Below are positions 1 to 12,484 of a stretch of 64,000 nucleotides of DNA, one piece after another (position 1 is the stretch's first letter; the number at the start of each line of letters is the position of its first letter). Position numbers and translations under genes: made by a program. Where the stretch lies: positions 33,542,001-33,606,000 of the forward strand of contig NC_135808.1 of NCBI RefSeq assembly GCF_964213995.1. The letters are read 5' to 3'. Source of the DNA: Mustelus asterias (Eukaryota). A model generated the notes under the pieces. The model worked only from the letters and a program-made list of their open reading frames with translations, did no database searches and was not told where the DNA came from.

Positions 1-504
1 ATAACCACTCTTCTTCTGCCAGTTTAACTCCCTCTCCTCATTCTTCTGTAGATTTGACCTACTCTCTTCCTGTTAATCTGATTCCTTTCTCTCACTCTCC
101 TCTTGTTAATTTGACTCCCACCCCTCACTGGCCTCCTGCTCAGTGGGTTTCTTTGTGATTTCTCTGTGTGATGATCACCTTATTAAAGGTGGTGTCTCAC
201 TGTAACTTGTTGTGCTATAGTCCCAGTCTGCTCGGAGCCTGTTTAACATTACTTGAGGGGAGTGGAACCAGCGGTCAAAATGTTTAGTGCAATGGGGGAG
301 TCCAGGATCGCAGTGCTTCCTTTCTTTGCACTGGAGCTGTTGAATGAAACCTCTTCAATCTCACTCTGAGGGCTGAACTTTGCAGGATTGGGACATATTG
401 CTCACCTTCTCAGAAGAAATAGCAGATACTAGCTAACCCACATTAAGCAAAAACCACCTCGCAAAATCCAGGCCTATGTGTTTCCCAGCCTGAACTGTGT
501 TTGA

Positions 505-600
505 ACTTCCTGGTTGCTATGACGGGCTAGCAATGGTTTAATTGGTTATTTTTCTGAAGCTAAGCAATGATTCATCAGCTGGATCTCCACTTTCAGTTCA
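505..600 (+). promoter_or_regulatory. Candidate X1/X2/Y-like and IRF-binding motifs upstream of the class I gene
   Basis: RFX-like half sites GTTGCTA (513-519) and CTAGCAAT (527-534), CRE half site TGACG (520-524), ATTGG (541-545), and ACTTTCAGTT (589-598; reverse AACTGAAAGT, IRF-E-like). These are short motifs and the TSS is unknown. Confidence 0.3.
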
Positions 601-738
601 GGAAATGATTGAAGTTCAGGAAAAGATCAGAGTTACAGAATAGAGTCTTAACAGAGCTGTTGTTTTCTTTGTTCCCTTCCATTCCTCAGAGTGTTAATAC
701 CCAGTCACTGATTGGAATTGGGACATTAGATTCACAGA

Positions 739-790
739 ATGTTGCTGATCCTTTTCCCCATCTCCCTGTGTTTTTCCTGGGTCTCTCCCG
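739..790 (+). CDS. Non-classical MHC class I heavy chain, exon 1 (signal peptide MLLILFPISLCFSWVSP)
   Basis: ATG at 739, 17 hydrophobic codons plus 1 nt, then strong donor CCG|GTAAGT at 790/791. Phase 1 matches the alpha1 acceptor (G+AT = Asp). Too short for the ORF track. Confidence 0.85.
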
Positions 791-1114
791 GTAAGTATAG
801 AATTCACTCTTCCATTCTCACTCTCACCCTTTCTCTCTCTCGCACACACACACACACTCTCTTGCTGTAAATTCCTGAGGAGTTTACTGAAAGTGGGAGT
901 GTCAATACCTGTAGAGGATATGTGCCACAATATTACACTGATAGTGTCTCACTTACTGTGTGTGTTAACCCTTTTTTCTCTGCCTCTATTTCTGTGGCTG
1001 GGATGTGGCCCAGGTGCAATGGATGCGGTGAGCCATTCAAAAGTCCATTCACTTTGGTGGGATTGGAAGATCCTGCCAGTGGGAGGGACCAGGAGATTCT
1101 GACCATTGATTCCA

Positions 1115-1415
1115 TCTGCCTCTCTTTTCTCTCTCTCTTTGGGTTTGTTTTTGTGCCTGTCTTTCTAGTCTCTGTCTCATTTCTCTGTTTCTCTTTCTAT
1201 CCCTCTGTCTCTTTTTTCTCTCTCTAATCTATTCCAGTCTCTCTCTCACTCACTGCCTGTCTCTCTCTCCCTCTCTTCATGTCTCTTTCTTATTGTATTT
1301 GCCTTTGGTTCTGTCTCTCTCTGTTTCTGTTTTTTTTCCCTGTCTGTGTATGCCCCATGTCCCTTTTTGTTATGTTTTGCCTTCTCTCTCTGCCATTGAC
1401 TCTGTCTCTCTGCAC
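1115..1415. repeat. Degenerate (CT/GT)n simple repeat in intron 1
   Basis: Low-complexity TCTCTG/TCTCTC runs. Confidence 0.8.
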
Positions 1416-2018
1416 TTTTACTAGAATTGGAGTCAAACAACTATTTCTTTCAATCTTTGTTGTCCACAAGATTTAAAATGAGCTATTGGTTTCAGAGTCC
1501 CAGTTATACTTGATCTGAAAGAATTAAATGGAATGGATGGGCAGTTTGCAGAAACATTTTCTTTCCCATAAGGGAATTTTCTAGTGCCTACTTAGCTCTT
1601 GCCACTTTGAAGATTGACTGGCCCTAACCTTTCAATCTCCAGATGTTTGGAGATTGGACATAAGCTGGGCATGTGTCTGGATCCTGTGTATTTCCAGATG
1701 CACAGACATGCAATGTGTTAGCCTGGAAAGTTTAAGTTTAACCTTCTGAACGGCTAATTCTTTCTTCCCAGAGCCCCCTGCGAAGTCTCCAACGCTGAGC
1801 TCAGTATCAGAGTTTTGGGACTTACCCAGGAAATGTTGCATAGTTCAATACCTACTCTAACTCAGTGGTCAGTCTGTGGAACTCAACTAAGCCACACAAC
1901 CAACATCTCCAATCACTCCCTGATCACCCAACTTCAACCGACCACCGGCAGCTCCCCCACCACCCTGCCCCCCCCCCCCCCCCCCTCCTCCATCCCAAAC
2001 CCCAGACAATCACCCAAC

Positions 2019-2307
2019 TGGTTAGCACTGCTGCCTCACAGCGCCAGGGACCCGGGTTCGATTCCCAGCTTGGGTCACTGTCTGTGTGGAGTTTGCACAT
2101 TCTTCCTGTGTCTGCATGGGTTTCCTCCCGTGCTCCCACAGTCCAAAGATGTGCAGGTTAGGTGGATTGGCCATGCCAAATTGCCCCTTCATGTCAGGAG
2201 ACTAGCTAGGGTAAATGCATGGGGTTATGGGGATAGGGCCTAGGTGGGATTGTAGTCAGTGAAGATCGATGGGCTGAATGGCCTCTTTCTGCACTGTAGG
2301 ATTCTAC
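2019..2307 (+). mobile_element. HE1-type V-SINE
   Basis: TGGTTAGCACTGCTGCCTCACAGCGCCAGGGACCCGGGTTCGATTCCC head, V-domain body, CR1-like GATTCTA tail. Confidence 0.85.
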
Positions 2308-2432
2308 AATATTTCTGTCGTTGATATAATTTTGGGGATTACTGAAGATTGTTAATCTGTGAATGGGCTTCAGTTGGGTGTCAGTGTTTGTAAATGTCTA
2401 TTAACTTGCCTATCAAATTGTTTGTTTTACAG

Positions 2433-2693
2433 ATAGTAATGCCTTTACTGTAATGTATTTGGCCACCTCTGGCACTACTGATTTACCTGAGTACGTTGGT
2501 GTAGGAATGATCAATGGGGTTCCAGTTGCCTATTATGACAGTGGTACCCAACAAATAGTCTCCCGACAGCAGTGGATGACGGATTCTTTTGATGCGGAGT
2601 ACTGGGAATATCTCACAAATCGAGGGAATAAACATTGTGCCATTGCAAAGGAGAACCTGAAGATGATAATGAAAAATACAAACCAGACATCTG
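2433..2693 (+). CDS. MHC class I heavy chain, exon 2 (alpha1 domain)
   Basis: Acceptor TTTGTTTTACAG|, 261 nt, donor CTG|GTAAGA. Translates (D)SNAFTVMYLATSGTTDLPEYVGVGMINGVPVAYYDS...QWM...EYWE...NQTS(G). The YYDS, WM, EYW and N86 glycosylation (NQT) hallmarks of class I alpha1 are present. Confidence 0.93.
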
Positions 2694-2842
2694 GTAAGAA
2701 CAGTGATACACAGTCTCTCCTTTGCCCTTTTACCTCCTGTCTTCTCACCATCTAAGGCCTCAAAGAATCATTCCAGGTGATAATGTGATTTACATATTTT
2801 TACATTTATTATACTGTATTCACTGCTCACAATGTGGTCTCA

Positions 2843-3190
2843 TAGAATCATAGAAATCCTACAGTGCAGAAAGAGGCCATTGCGCCCATCGAGTCTGCAC
2901 CGACCACAATCCCACTCAGGCCCTACCCCCATATCCCTACATATTTTACCCGCTAATCCCTCTGAACTACGCATCTCAGGACACTAAGGGGCAATTTTTA
3001 GCATGGCCAATCGACCTAACCTGCACATCTTTGGACTGTGGGAGGAAACCAGAGCACCCGGAGGAAACCCACGCAGACACGAGGAGAATGTGCAAACTCC
3101 ACACAGACAGTGACCCAAGCCAGGAATCGAGTCCAGGTCCCTGGAGCTGTGAAGCAGCAGTGCTAACCACTGTGCTACCATGCCGCCCAT
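2843..3190 (-). mobile_element. HE1-type V-SINE, full length
   Basis: Reverse complement of the HE1 consensus with (CATAGAAT)n tail. Confidence 0.9.
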
Positions 3191-3529
3191 TGGAGATCCC
3201 AAGCACAGACTGGGTGGTCATTTTTCAGAACACCTCCGTTCTGTCAATAAGTATAACCCTGAGCCTCCTGTTACTTGTCATTTAATTCTCCACCTTGCTC
3301 CAACTTCGACCTTTCTTTCCTTGGCCTGCTGCAGTGTTCCAATGAAGCTCAACTGAAGCTCAAGGAAAAATACCTCATCTTTTCATTATGTGCTTTACAA
3401 CCTTCCAAATACATGTTGAGTCCAAATTCAGTCTTTTGCCCCTCAACCTTTCCCTCCATTTCATTTATTAACTTATCTCTCAAGATTTTCTTGCATTTAC
3501 CTCTTTTGACAACATAATTCTTCCCATTC

Positions 3530-4720
3530 AAGCCTCGTTAATGATAATAGTAGGAAAAATTCGGGAATTACTACTAAAGGAGGGAACAGAAGAACTTCGA
3601 GAAATGGGAAATACAACAATGAATAGTTAGCATGAATTTCCAATGGGACAACCTTGCGTGGCTAACATTGTTGATCGTTTCAGGGAGATTGTGGAGACAG
3701 AGAGTGGACAATGGTAATGCAGTAGAGATAATTTATCTGGATTTTCAAAAGACCTTTGACATAGTGCCTCATAATAGATTAATGAATAAAAGTCAGAGAA
3801 TGTGGAGTCGGGAATAAGTGGCAGAATGTATTGTTAACTGTCTTCAAGAAAGAAAGAAGAGAGCAGGAACAAATGTTGGTTAGTGGCAGAATGTATGGGG
3901 AGTTGGTGGCTCATTGTTGGACTATCCAGAAACCCAAGGTAATAAACTAGGGGCCGGCATTCGAATCCCACCATGGTAAATGATTAAATTTGAATTCAAT
4001 AAATCTGGAATTAAAAGTCTCCTGAGGAGCATACAAAGCATTATGTACCATCTGGTTCACGAATGTCCTTTGGGGAAGGAAATCTGCATGAATGAATTTT
4101 TACCAAGTGGTGTTCCACAATGATCAGGCTGCTATTCATAGTTTGCATTAAAGATTGGAAATTAGGATTAAAGCACAATTTTGAAAATTGCAGATGGCAC
4201 CAAATTATAGGGAGGTGAGATGGGGTATTCAATACATGCTGGAGGGCATCAATAAATAGGCAAATAATTGGCAAATGGAGTTCAGCACAGATAATGTGAG
4301 GTAGTGCATTTTGGTAGAATTAGGGAAGTAACATTTTACTTGGAAGGTGTCTAAATTGGGTGTAAAAAGAAAGGGATCACAGAGTACAAATATGTTTATC
4401 ATTAAGAGTTGTGCCACAGGATACTATAAAAAAGAAATCAAAGTTCTAGGCTATATTTCTACAGAGATCAAATTGAAAAGGAGGGAAGTCATGCTATACT
4501 TGTATCAAACCTTGATTCGACCACACTTATTGTGTGTAATTCTGGTTGCCATATTATAAAAAGGATATAGAGGCACTAGGGCATTGGAGACAGTGCAGAA
4601 AAGATTTGCAAAGATAAAGCCAGAAATCAGTGGGTTATACATATACCAGTAAAGGATTGACAGGCTGTACCACTCTTCTCTTGCAAAAAAGAAGGCTCAT
4701 GGGATGACCGAACAGAGATC
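3530..4720 (+). mobile_element. Old degraded CR1 LINE fragments
   Basis: VDNGNAVEIIYLDFQKTFDIVPH and LYQTLIRPHL RT motifs, with many stops. Confidence 0.75.
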
Positions 4721-5569
4721 TTTCATCGAATCCTTATAATGCAGAAGGAGGCCATTTGGTCCATCGAGTCTGCATCGACTCTCAGATAGAGTATCCTACC
4801 CAGGCCTTCTCCCCCTCCCTATCCTCGTAACCCTTTTCCCTGTACTGTTTCACATCTTTAAAAATGAAAGCTTTTGATAGAGTGGATACTGCGAAATTGG
4901 AGGCGATATTACCATCATGTTGCGCCTGTTTCCGGGCACGAAAGCTTGGTAAAAACGGACGAGAGGCGAGTAGGGCAATCCGTGGCCGCCTCAGCACCAG
5001 TTCCCCCTTTACCAAGGCCCAAAAATAGCCTTTCAGGAATCCACCAAAAATGGGCATGATGGCCATTCAAACCTATTTGCATGCATTCCAATCCACTTAA
5101 CGGGCTGCACACCCAACTTTATTGGCACGTCCCCCTTTACTACTGCGTTCGCCAATCCGGAATTGGCCTGAAACAGACATGCTCCATAAAAGTCCAATTT
5201 GGACGCTCCATCCATGAGGGTTAGTGAGGAGGTAAGTGCCTAGCATCTGACGGCTCCATGCGTCCTTTCGTGGCTCCATTATGTTTTTTGGGTCGGTGGC
5301 AACTCTGCGAGTGTGTGGGGTTCGGGGGAGGGTGGGGTGGCTGTTGCTCAGCAGGGTGTCCAATGTCTGATTTGCAGCATGGACCCGGGTACCTGGGTCT
5401 CAGCACTGACCTCGGGACTTGTGGATGCTGCTGGGTCCTAATGCAGTCAGCACTCTTCCAGCTGAAAGATTGCACAAAGTCCTTGCGAATTGCACAGCAA
5501 GGCACTTTAGGGTTGCCGCAAGTTGAGCTATCTTCTCTCCTTCTAGCTGATTTCATTTACGCTATAGTT

Positions 5570-6480
5570 AATAGTTTGGGTGAATAATGGTCCCCCAGTA
5601 TCTTAGTTACTTCTTAATACATTTTGCTACCTGGTTTCTCAAGCTGGACCAGACTTTGGAGTAAATTGAACGTTTTACCGCCAATGGTACTAAGAAAAGC
5701 AGGGACTACAATATCCTCTGGAATCTTATTTGCCAATATATAACACTGAAATCTTTCTACATAAGATCTCCAATTCTTAGATTTTTCCTTGAATGAGCTA
5801 TTGGCATCAAAATTTCCTGCCATTCTTACTGGGTTACCGGGATCTAGGCAGTAATGTTTTCCAGGAGCTTGTCTTGATAATAAACAGCCCAGTTTTACTT
5901 TTCAACAGCTAGCTCTAGATTTTAATGCAATTCCAGGAATATCTGTTTTTCACTCTACCTCCATGCTTTACTTAAACTATGCACTTTGCAAGCTCTGCGT
6001 CCTGACCTCCTCGGATTGCCCGTATTTTGCTTTTTGGTGGGGACCTTTCTTTATGCTCCACTACCTTACTGGTCCAATGTCAGATGCAATCACTTACCTG
6101 CTGCTAATTCTACTCCAATTATCAGAAACATCGAAAGGGGATCGACCCTTCAATGAGTAAGTGCAATTCTAATTTTTCATTTCTTCTTTTTGTTAGAAGA
6201 AAATTTTTAATCTGCTCCTCATCACCAGTTTTGTTTTTATCTTGTTGTATATCTTGCACTCGTGAGGATAAAAGAAAGTGGAGTGTGTGGGTTGGTTGCA
6301 GTCAACAAGGCAGGTATATTGAGGTTCACTGTATGGAGGCATGGTCTAGACTGACTCAAAGTCCGCAAAGCAGCCGTTAACATCACGAATTACACACATG
6401 GCTAGATTCTTAAAGTGACAGCACAACAACACAACATCTACCCAAATAAATAAGTTACATTCCCTTCTCCTCTTGATCAT
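5570..6480 (-). mobile_element. Gypsy LTR retrotransposon 5' remnant (LTR, PBS, gag N-terminus)
   Basis: ORF 5614-5823 (NWRSYVERFQCYILANKI...AFLSTIGGKTFNLLQSLV) is Gypsy gag-like. A PBS-like TGGTGATGAGG lies on the minus strand near 6216-6226. Confidence 0.65.
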
Positions 6481-7136
6481 CAAGACTGGGACATACAAGA
6501 CAGGTTCTGAAAAGCAACCTCTTTTCACAGAATGGAGTTATTCACTGAAAATAAATTCTTTAATTTAAAATTTAGAAGAGTATGAGGTGATCTGATTGAA
6601 ACATGTAAGTTTCCCTTCGGGGTCTTCACAGGGTGGATGTGGAGAGAATACTTCCTCTTGTCAAAGAATCTAGAACCAGAGGGTCACTGTTTAAACATAA
6701 TGGTCACCCATTTAAAATGGAAATGAGGTGAATTTTTTCTCTCATAGTGTTGTGAGTCTTTGGAACAGAGATGAATAGATTCTTGTTAAGCAAGGATGTG
6801 ATAAGGTTATCAAGGGGAGGTGGGATGCAGATGTGAGGTGGCAATCAGATCAGCCTTGATATTAAATGCTAGGTAGGCTCGAGGGACTGAATGGCCCATT
6901 CCAGCTCCTTGTTCATAAGCTTATAAACTTCCTTCAACACCACACATTTGCTCAGTTTTACATTAATGGATGTCATTGTGAATTAACCAATAAAAAAAGA
7001 AGAATCTATTACTACGAAATGGATCCTACTGAGAGACCTATTGCTGAAACACTGAGCCCACAGAGAGATCTTTTACAATGATACTGAGCCTGCAGGGGGA
7101 TCTAATACTGTAAGACTGAATCCACACTGAGATATG

Positions 7137-9015
7137 GGGCGGAATTCTCCCAAAATATTTGTAAGGGCACAATCTTAGTGGCTTGTCCCAGCCAGTGAGA
7201 TTGCATGAGAGGCCAAAAATCTGGTTTGCACCTGGATTTTGACCTCCGAGAATCATACAAGCACTGTTTTAACTGCAAAGCTGATTTAAATATGAATGAC
7301 ATGTTTTTCATGGGCTCACTTGAACTTACCCTCTCGCGATCAGCGCAGACCAGATTTGATGGCCTCACCGATGGGATCAGAAGCCATTGAAGCCCCCACA
7401 TGGTCCGGGGCTTGGTCAGACAGTGCCCATGGAGCAGTGTCAGCTTAGCAATGCCCACTGGCCACCCTAGTACTGCCCACCGGGCACCGTAACTGCACCA
7501 TGGCTGTGACGAGGGATGGGGCCTAAGTGGGGCACATGCTGGGGAAGCCGCAGAGGGGAGTCTTAATGGGGACCCATCAGGAGGGTCCCAATGCCAGCGA
7601 CCCATGTTGCCATGTGGGGGGGGGGGGGGTTACAATGTCACCGATAATGGAGGGGGAAAGTTTGTTGGGGGGGGGGGGATGAGGCGTGGTTTGGGGATTA
7701 CAAAGAGGTCTCCCAGTTCAGTGGGAGATCAGGGCGCCTGCGCAATGACGGCCCAATCAGTCTAGAGCCGGCAAGCTTAAGCTCCTCACGGCCACTGGTG
7801 AGAATCGCACTCCTGTCTAGAAAAGTGACAGTGACACAAGCTTGCATTTTCAAGCTCAGCCAAAGAACAGGTCTGATACTCACCTGTTTTCTCGCTCTTT
7901 TGGCACTTCGAATATTTTTCGTAAGATCGTGGCTTAAGTGTCATAATAATGCAGTGATCCACGTCGGTCTCTCAGGCGTGCTCCACATTACAATCCTCCC
8001 ACACTCAGGCACTTTTTTGGAGAACTGTAAGTTTCACACCGATACTGGGTACTGGGATGGCTCGGGCCATTGAAGCCCGGACAGTTTTTTTTATTCATTC
8101 ATGGGACATGGGCATCGCTGGCTAGGCCAGCATTTATAGCCCATCCCTTGAGAAGCAGGTGGTGAGCCGTTTTCTTAAATCGCTGCAGTCTATGTGCTGT
8201 GGGTTGACCCACGCGGCCAGGCGGTGCCCATCGGTGCCCTTCGCCGGAGGTGCCCTTGGTGGGTTGCACCTGGCACACGGCACAGTGGTTAGAATTGCTG
8301 CCTCCCAGTCTCAAGTAAACGGGTTCGATTCCCAGCTTGGGTCACTGTCTGTGCGGAGACTGCATGTTCTCCCTATGTCTGCGTGGGTTTCCTCTGGGTG
8401 CTCTGGTTTCCTCCCACAGTCCAAAAAGCATGCTGGTTAGGTGAATTGGCCATGCTAAATTCTCCCTCAGTGTATCCATTCAGGCTCTGAGTGTGGCGAC
8501 TAGGGGATTTTCATAGTAACTTCATTGCAGTGTTAATGTTAGCCTACTTGTGACACTAATAAACAAAATAAATAAATAAACGGCTGTCCGGTGGCCACTA
8601 CTGGGCACCGCCAGCGTTGCCAGGTGGGCTCCACCTGGTGGGCACTGCCCAATGGGCACCACCTGATCATGCCCCTGACTATCTGGGGGTTTCAGTGGCC
8701 TCCGAGCTCCCTGGTGTGACCGTCGCACCAGGTCTCTGCTAGTGGAGACCAGTAGTGATTGCTGCCATTATCACGCTGCACCCGAAGGCCAGTGAATTCC
8801 ATGCACTGGATGCACGGCAATGCGTGTTTAAATGCTACTTTAAAAATGTTAATCAGATTCGCACCTTTTCTGGGTGCAATCCAGTTCACACCATCAGGAA
8901 GGGGTCAGAGGACTCACAAACTGTTTGGTGCCAAGTGTGAAACGGATTTTTAGTCCCGCATGCTGGTCTCCAGTACCGCTGCGACCTACCAACAGCGTAG
9001 CGAGGTCAGAGAATC
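7137..9015. mobile_element. Cluster of PIF/Harbinger-like non-autonomous elements with a nested SINE (8277-8580)
   Basis: GGGGCGGAATTCTCCC terminus and GC-rich interior. Segment ~7950-9015 matches the element at 38707-39670. Confidence 0.6.
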
Positions 9016-9019
9016 TATA

Positions 9020-10222
9020 GTGTTCAAGACCCAACCATCTTCAGCTGCTTCATTAATGACCTTCCTTCCATAATAAGGTCAGAAATGGGAACATTCACTG
9101 ATGACTGCACAATGTTCAGCATCATTCGTGACTTCTCAGACACAGAAGCAGTTCATGTCCAAATGCAGCAAGATCTGGACAATATACAAGGTTGGGTTGA
9201 CAAATGGCAAGAAACACCAATGGGCATCACGATGGCACAGTGGTTAGCACTGCTGCCTCACCATGCCAGGGACCCAGGTTCAATTCCAGCCTTGGGTGAC
9301 TGTCTGTGTGGAGTTTGCACATTCTCCCTGTGTCTGTGTGGGTTTCTTCTGGGTGCTCCGGTTCCTCCCACAGTCTAAAGATGTGCAGGTTAGGTGAATT
9401 GGCCATGCTAAATTGCCCCTTAGTGTCCAAAGATATGTAGGTTAGGGGATTGGTGGGGTAAATATGTGGGGTTATCGGGATAGGGTGAGGGGGGTCTTGG
9501 ATAAAATACTGTGTTGGAGAGTCGATGCAGACTCAATGGGCCAAATGGCCTCCTCCTGTACTGTGTAAGGATTCTATGACAAGTGTCAGACAATGCCCAA
9601 CTTCAGCAAGAGAGGATCTAACCATTGACATTTTATGTTAATAATGCTGAATCCCCCACTATCCACATCCTGGGAGTTACTATTGACCAGAACTGGACTA
9701 GCACTATAAATACTGTCAATACTTCGGCAGCAAATAACTTACCCCCTTATTCCCCAAAGCCTGTCCACCATCTGCAGGAATGCAATGGAATACTCTCCAC
9801 TTGCCTGGATGAGTGCAACTTCAACACCATCCAGGAAAACGTTGCCCAATTGATTGCTACCTCTTCACAAACATTCAATTTCTTCACCACCAATGAACAG
9901 TGACAGCAGTGTGCACAATCTACAAGATGCACTGTAAGGACTCACCAAAGTTCCTGAGCCAACACATTCCAACCCACGACCACTACCATATAGAAGATCA
10001 AGAGCAGCAAACACCACCACCTGGAGGTTCCCCTCCAAATTTATCACCATCCTGGTATATTGCCATTTCTTAACTGTAGCTGGGTCAAAATCCTGGAATT
10101 CTCTCCCTAATGGGTGTACCGCAAGAACTGCAATGGTTCAAGAAGGCAGCTCACTGCCACCTTCTGATGAGCAATAAATGCTGGCCGAGCCAGTGACGCC
10201 CACATCCCATAAATAAATGAAT
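9020..10222 (+). mobile_element. CR1-group LINE 3' fragment interrupted by an HE1 SINE (9222-9578)
   Basis: FTDDCTMFS RT motif. Same family and 3' end as the element at 32550-35778. Confidence 0.8.
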
Positions 10223-10404
10223 AATATACTGAGCTGATAGAGAGATTTATTTCTCTAAGACTGAACCCAGAGTGAGATCTATTACTGTAATACAGGACCC
10301 ACACAGAGATTTATCTTAAGGGGCAATTTAGCATGGCCAATCCTCTGTGCTTCCGTGCCGCCCTATTAATAGCTGATCTTTGATTCTCTGCTGATCTTTG
10401 ACAG

Positions 10405-10680
10405 GAATTCATGTTTTCCAATGGATTCGGTCTGTTGAGGTCACTGAAGACGGCTCCATTAAGAGATCGATGCGGTTTGGATTTGATGGAAAGGACTATA
10501 TTAGTTTAGAGCCAGACAGAATGAGATGGGTCACATCCAATCACATGGCAGTGAAGACCATGGAGAAATGGAATTCGGACGAATCCTGGAACAAGTATTG
10601 GAAATGGCAGTTGGAAGTAGAATTGATTGAACGTTTAAAACTACGTTTACACTTTGGAAAGGAATGTCTTAAAAGGAAAG
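10405..10680 (+). CDS. MHC class I heavy chain, exon 3 (alpha2 domain)
   Basis: Acceptor CTTTGACAG|, 276 nt (typical alpha2 exon length), donor AAG|GTATTC. Translates (G)IHVFQW...FGFDGKDYISL...W...TMEKW...LE...L...GKE with H93, Q96, D119-G120-K-D122-Y123, W133, T143, K146, W147. Confidence 0.93.
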
Positions 10681-10795
10681 GTATTCATTTCACTTTTGAG
10701 CCCATGTTCTGCTCTAACTTCACTGATCTATCAAACTGTTCTCCCATTCCATTCAGTGGGTTTATTGTTTGTGTTTTCACTCTTTCCCATTACAG

Positions 10796-11074
10796 TTCAG
10801 CCTGAAGTCTTCATCTCCAGAAGTGAACCCAATAGTCAGTATAAGCCGCTCACTCTCTCCTGCCTGGTTACTGGCTTTTATCCTGTAGACATCGAGGTGA
10901 CCTGGCTAAGGAATGGAGAGGTAATGTCTGAGACACTATCCTCGGGGGTTCGACCGAACCACGATGGGACCCATCAGATCCAGAAAGAGATTGAAATAAA
11001 TGCTGGGGATGAGGATCAATACTCCTGTCAAATTGAACACAGCAGCCTGGCAGAGCCCAAGCTCCACCAGTGGG
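10796..11074 (+). CDS. MHC class I heavy chain, exon 4 (alpha3, Ig C1-set)
   Basis: 115-nt intron, acceptor TTTCCCATTACAG|, 279 nt, donor TGGG|GTAAGG. LSCLVTGFYPVDIEVTW, RPNHDGTHQ and YSCQIEHSSL are canonical C1-set/class I motifs. Confidence 0.95.
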
Positions 11075-11759
11075 GTAAGGAACTATATGTGTGCATATTG
11101 TGTGTATGTGTGAAAAAGATAAACAGCAAGTGGTGGCTGAATGAAATATAGATGGTGACAGGCAAGAGAAACTGGGACTGTGTCATGGAAATTGATTCAA
11201 AAAGAATGAACAAGAGAGAGCCATGGACATTTAAAATGAAACACATCATTGAGCATGCCATATACATTTTCAATTTTTGGCATTTTCCCATGTTTAATTT
11301 CAGGAATGTTTGAGCTGATTTTTATTGCTATGTCACTGTTCAAGTAAATTCAACAGACAGGCCTGGCTTGTCTTTGAAATTCACCTGAAACTGACAACAT
11401 AAGCAGAGGCTCTGAAATCTACTTTGGAGAACAAACTGCTCAGTTTTCAAACTAATAAAAGTGTCAATCAAGCAATACCATTCAGAGTGTCAAAGTCAAA
11501 AAACTTGCATTTACTTCACAACTTTTAATCTTATGTAACTTAACACAAGAGGGACGGCATGGTGGCACAGTGGTTAGCATTGCTGCCTCACAGCACCAAC
11601 AACCCAGGAACAATTCCGGCCTTGGGTGACTTTCTGTGTGTTTACACATTCTCTCAATGTCTGCGTGGATTTCCTCTGGGTGCTTCTGTTTCCTCGCACA
11701 ATCCAAAGATGTGCAGGTTAGATTGATTGGCCATGGTAAATGCGTGGAGTTACAATGAT

Positions 11760-12450
11760 AGAACAAAGAAAAGTACAGCACAGGAACAGGCCCTTCAGCC
11801 TTCCAAGCCTGTGCTGATCATGATGCCCTGGAAAAAAAAACCCTTGCTCGGTCTGTATCCCTCTATTTCGTCCCTATTCATGTGCCCATCCAGATGCATT
11901 TTAAAAGTTGCTAATATGCCTGTTTCCACTACATCCTCTGGCAGTGCATTCCAGGCACTCACCACTCTCTGCATGAAAAACTTCCCCTGCACATCTCCTT
12001 TAAACTTTCCCCCTCTCACCTTAAACCTGTGATCCCTTATAATTGACACTTCCAACCTTGGAAAGAGCATCTGACTATCCATTCTGTCTAGAGGTGGCTA
12101 AATATAGCACTTAGGGCAAACAGGATCAAGATTGTGGGGAGATTATGGGGAGAAAGCAGGATTAGGCTACTGAGTTGGACGATCAGCCATGATCATGATG
12201 AATGGCGGAGCAGGCTTGAAGGGCTGAATGGCCTCCACCTGCTCCTACCTTCTATGTTTCACCACCTCATATTTGTCCAGATTAAACTCCATCTGCCATT
12301 TCTGTGCCCAGGTCTCCAATCTATCTATATCCTGTTGTATCCCCTGACAATCCTCGGCACTGTCAGCACTCCGCCAATTTCCGTGCCATCTGCAAACTTA
12401 CTAATCAGACCACCCACATTTTCCTCCAGATAATTTATATATATATATAT

Positions 12451-12484
<34 letters not shown>

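Noticed and set aside
893-1102. Hydrophobic ORF as the class I leader exon
   Set aside because: Its best donor (GCG|GTGAGC) is phase 0 in that frame, and about 995-1103 matches a small MITE family also seen near 23960 and 26350. Exon 739-790 fits better.
2019-2070. tRNA genes at A/B-box motifs (here and in other SINE heads)
   Set aside because: They continue into SINE bodies and do not form complete cloverleaves.
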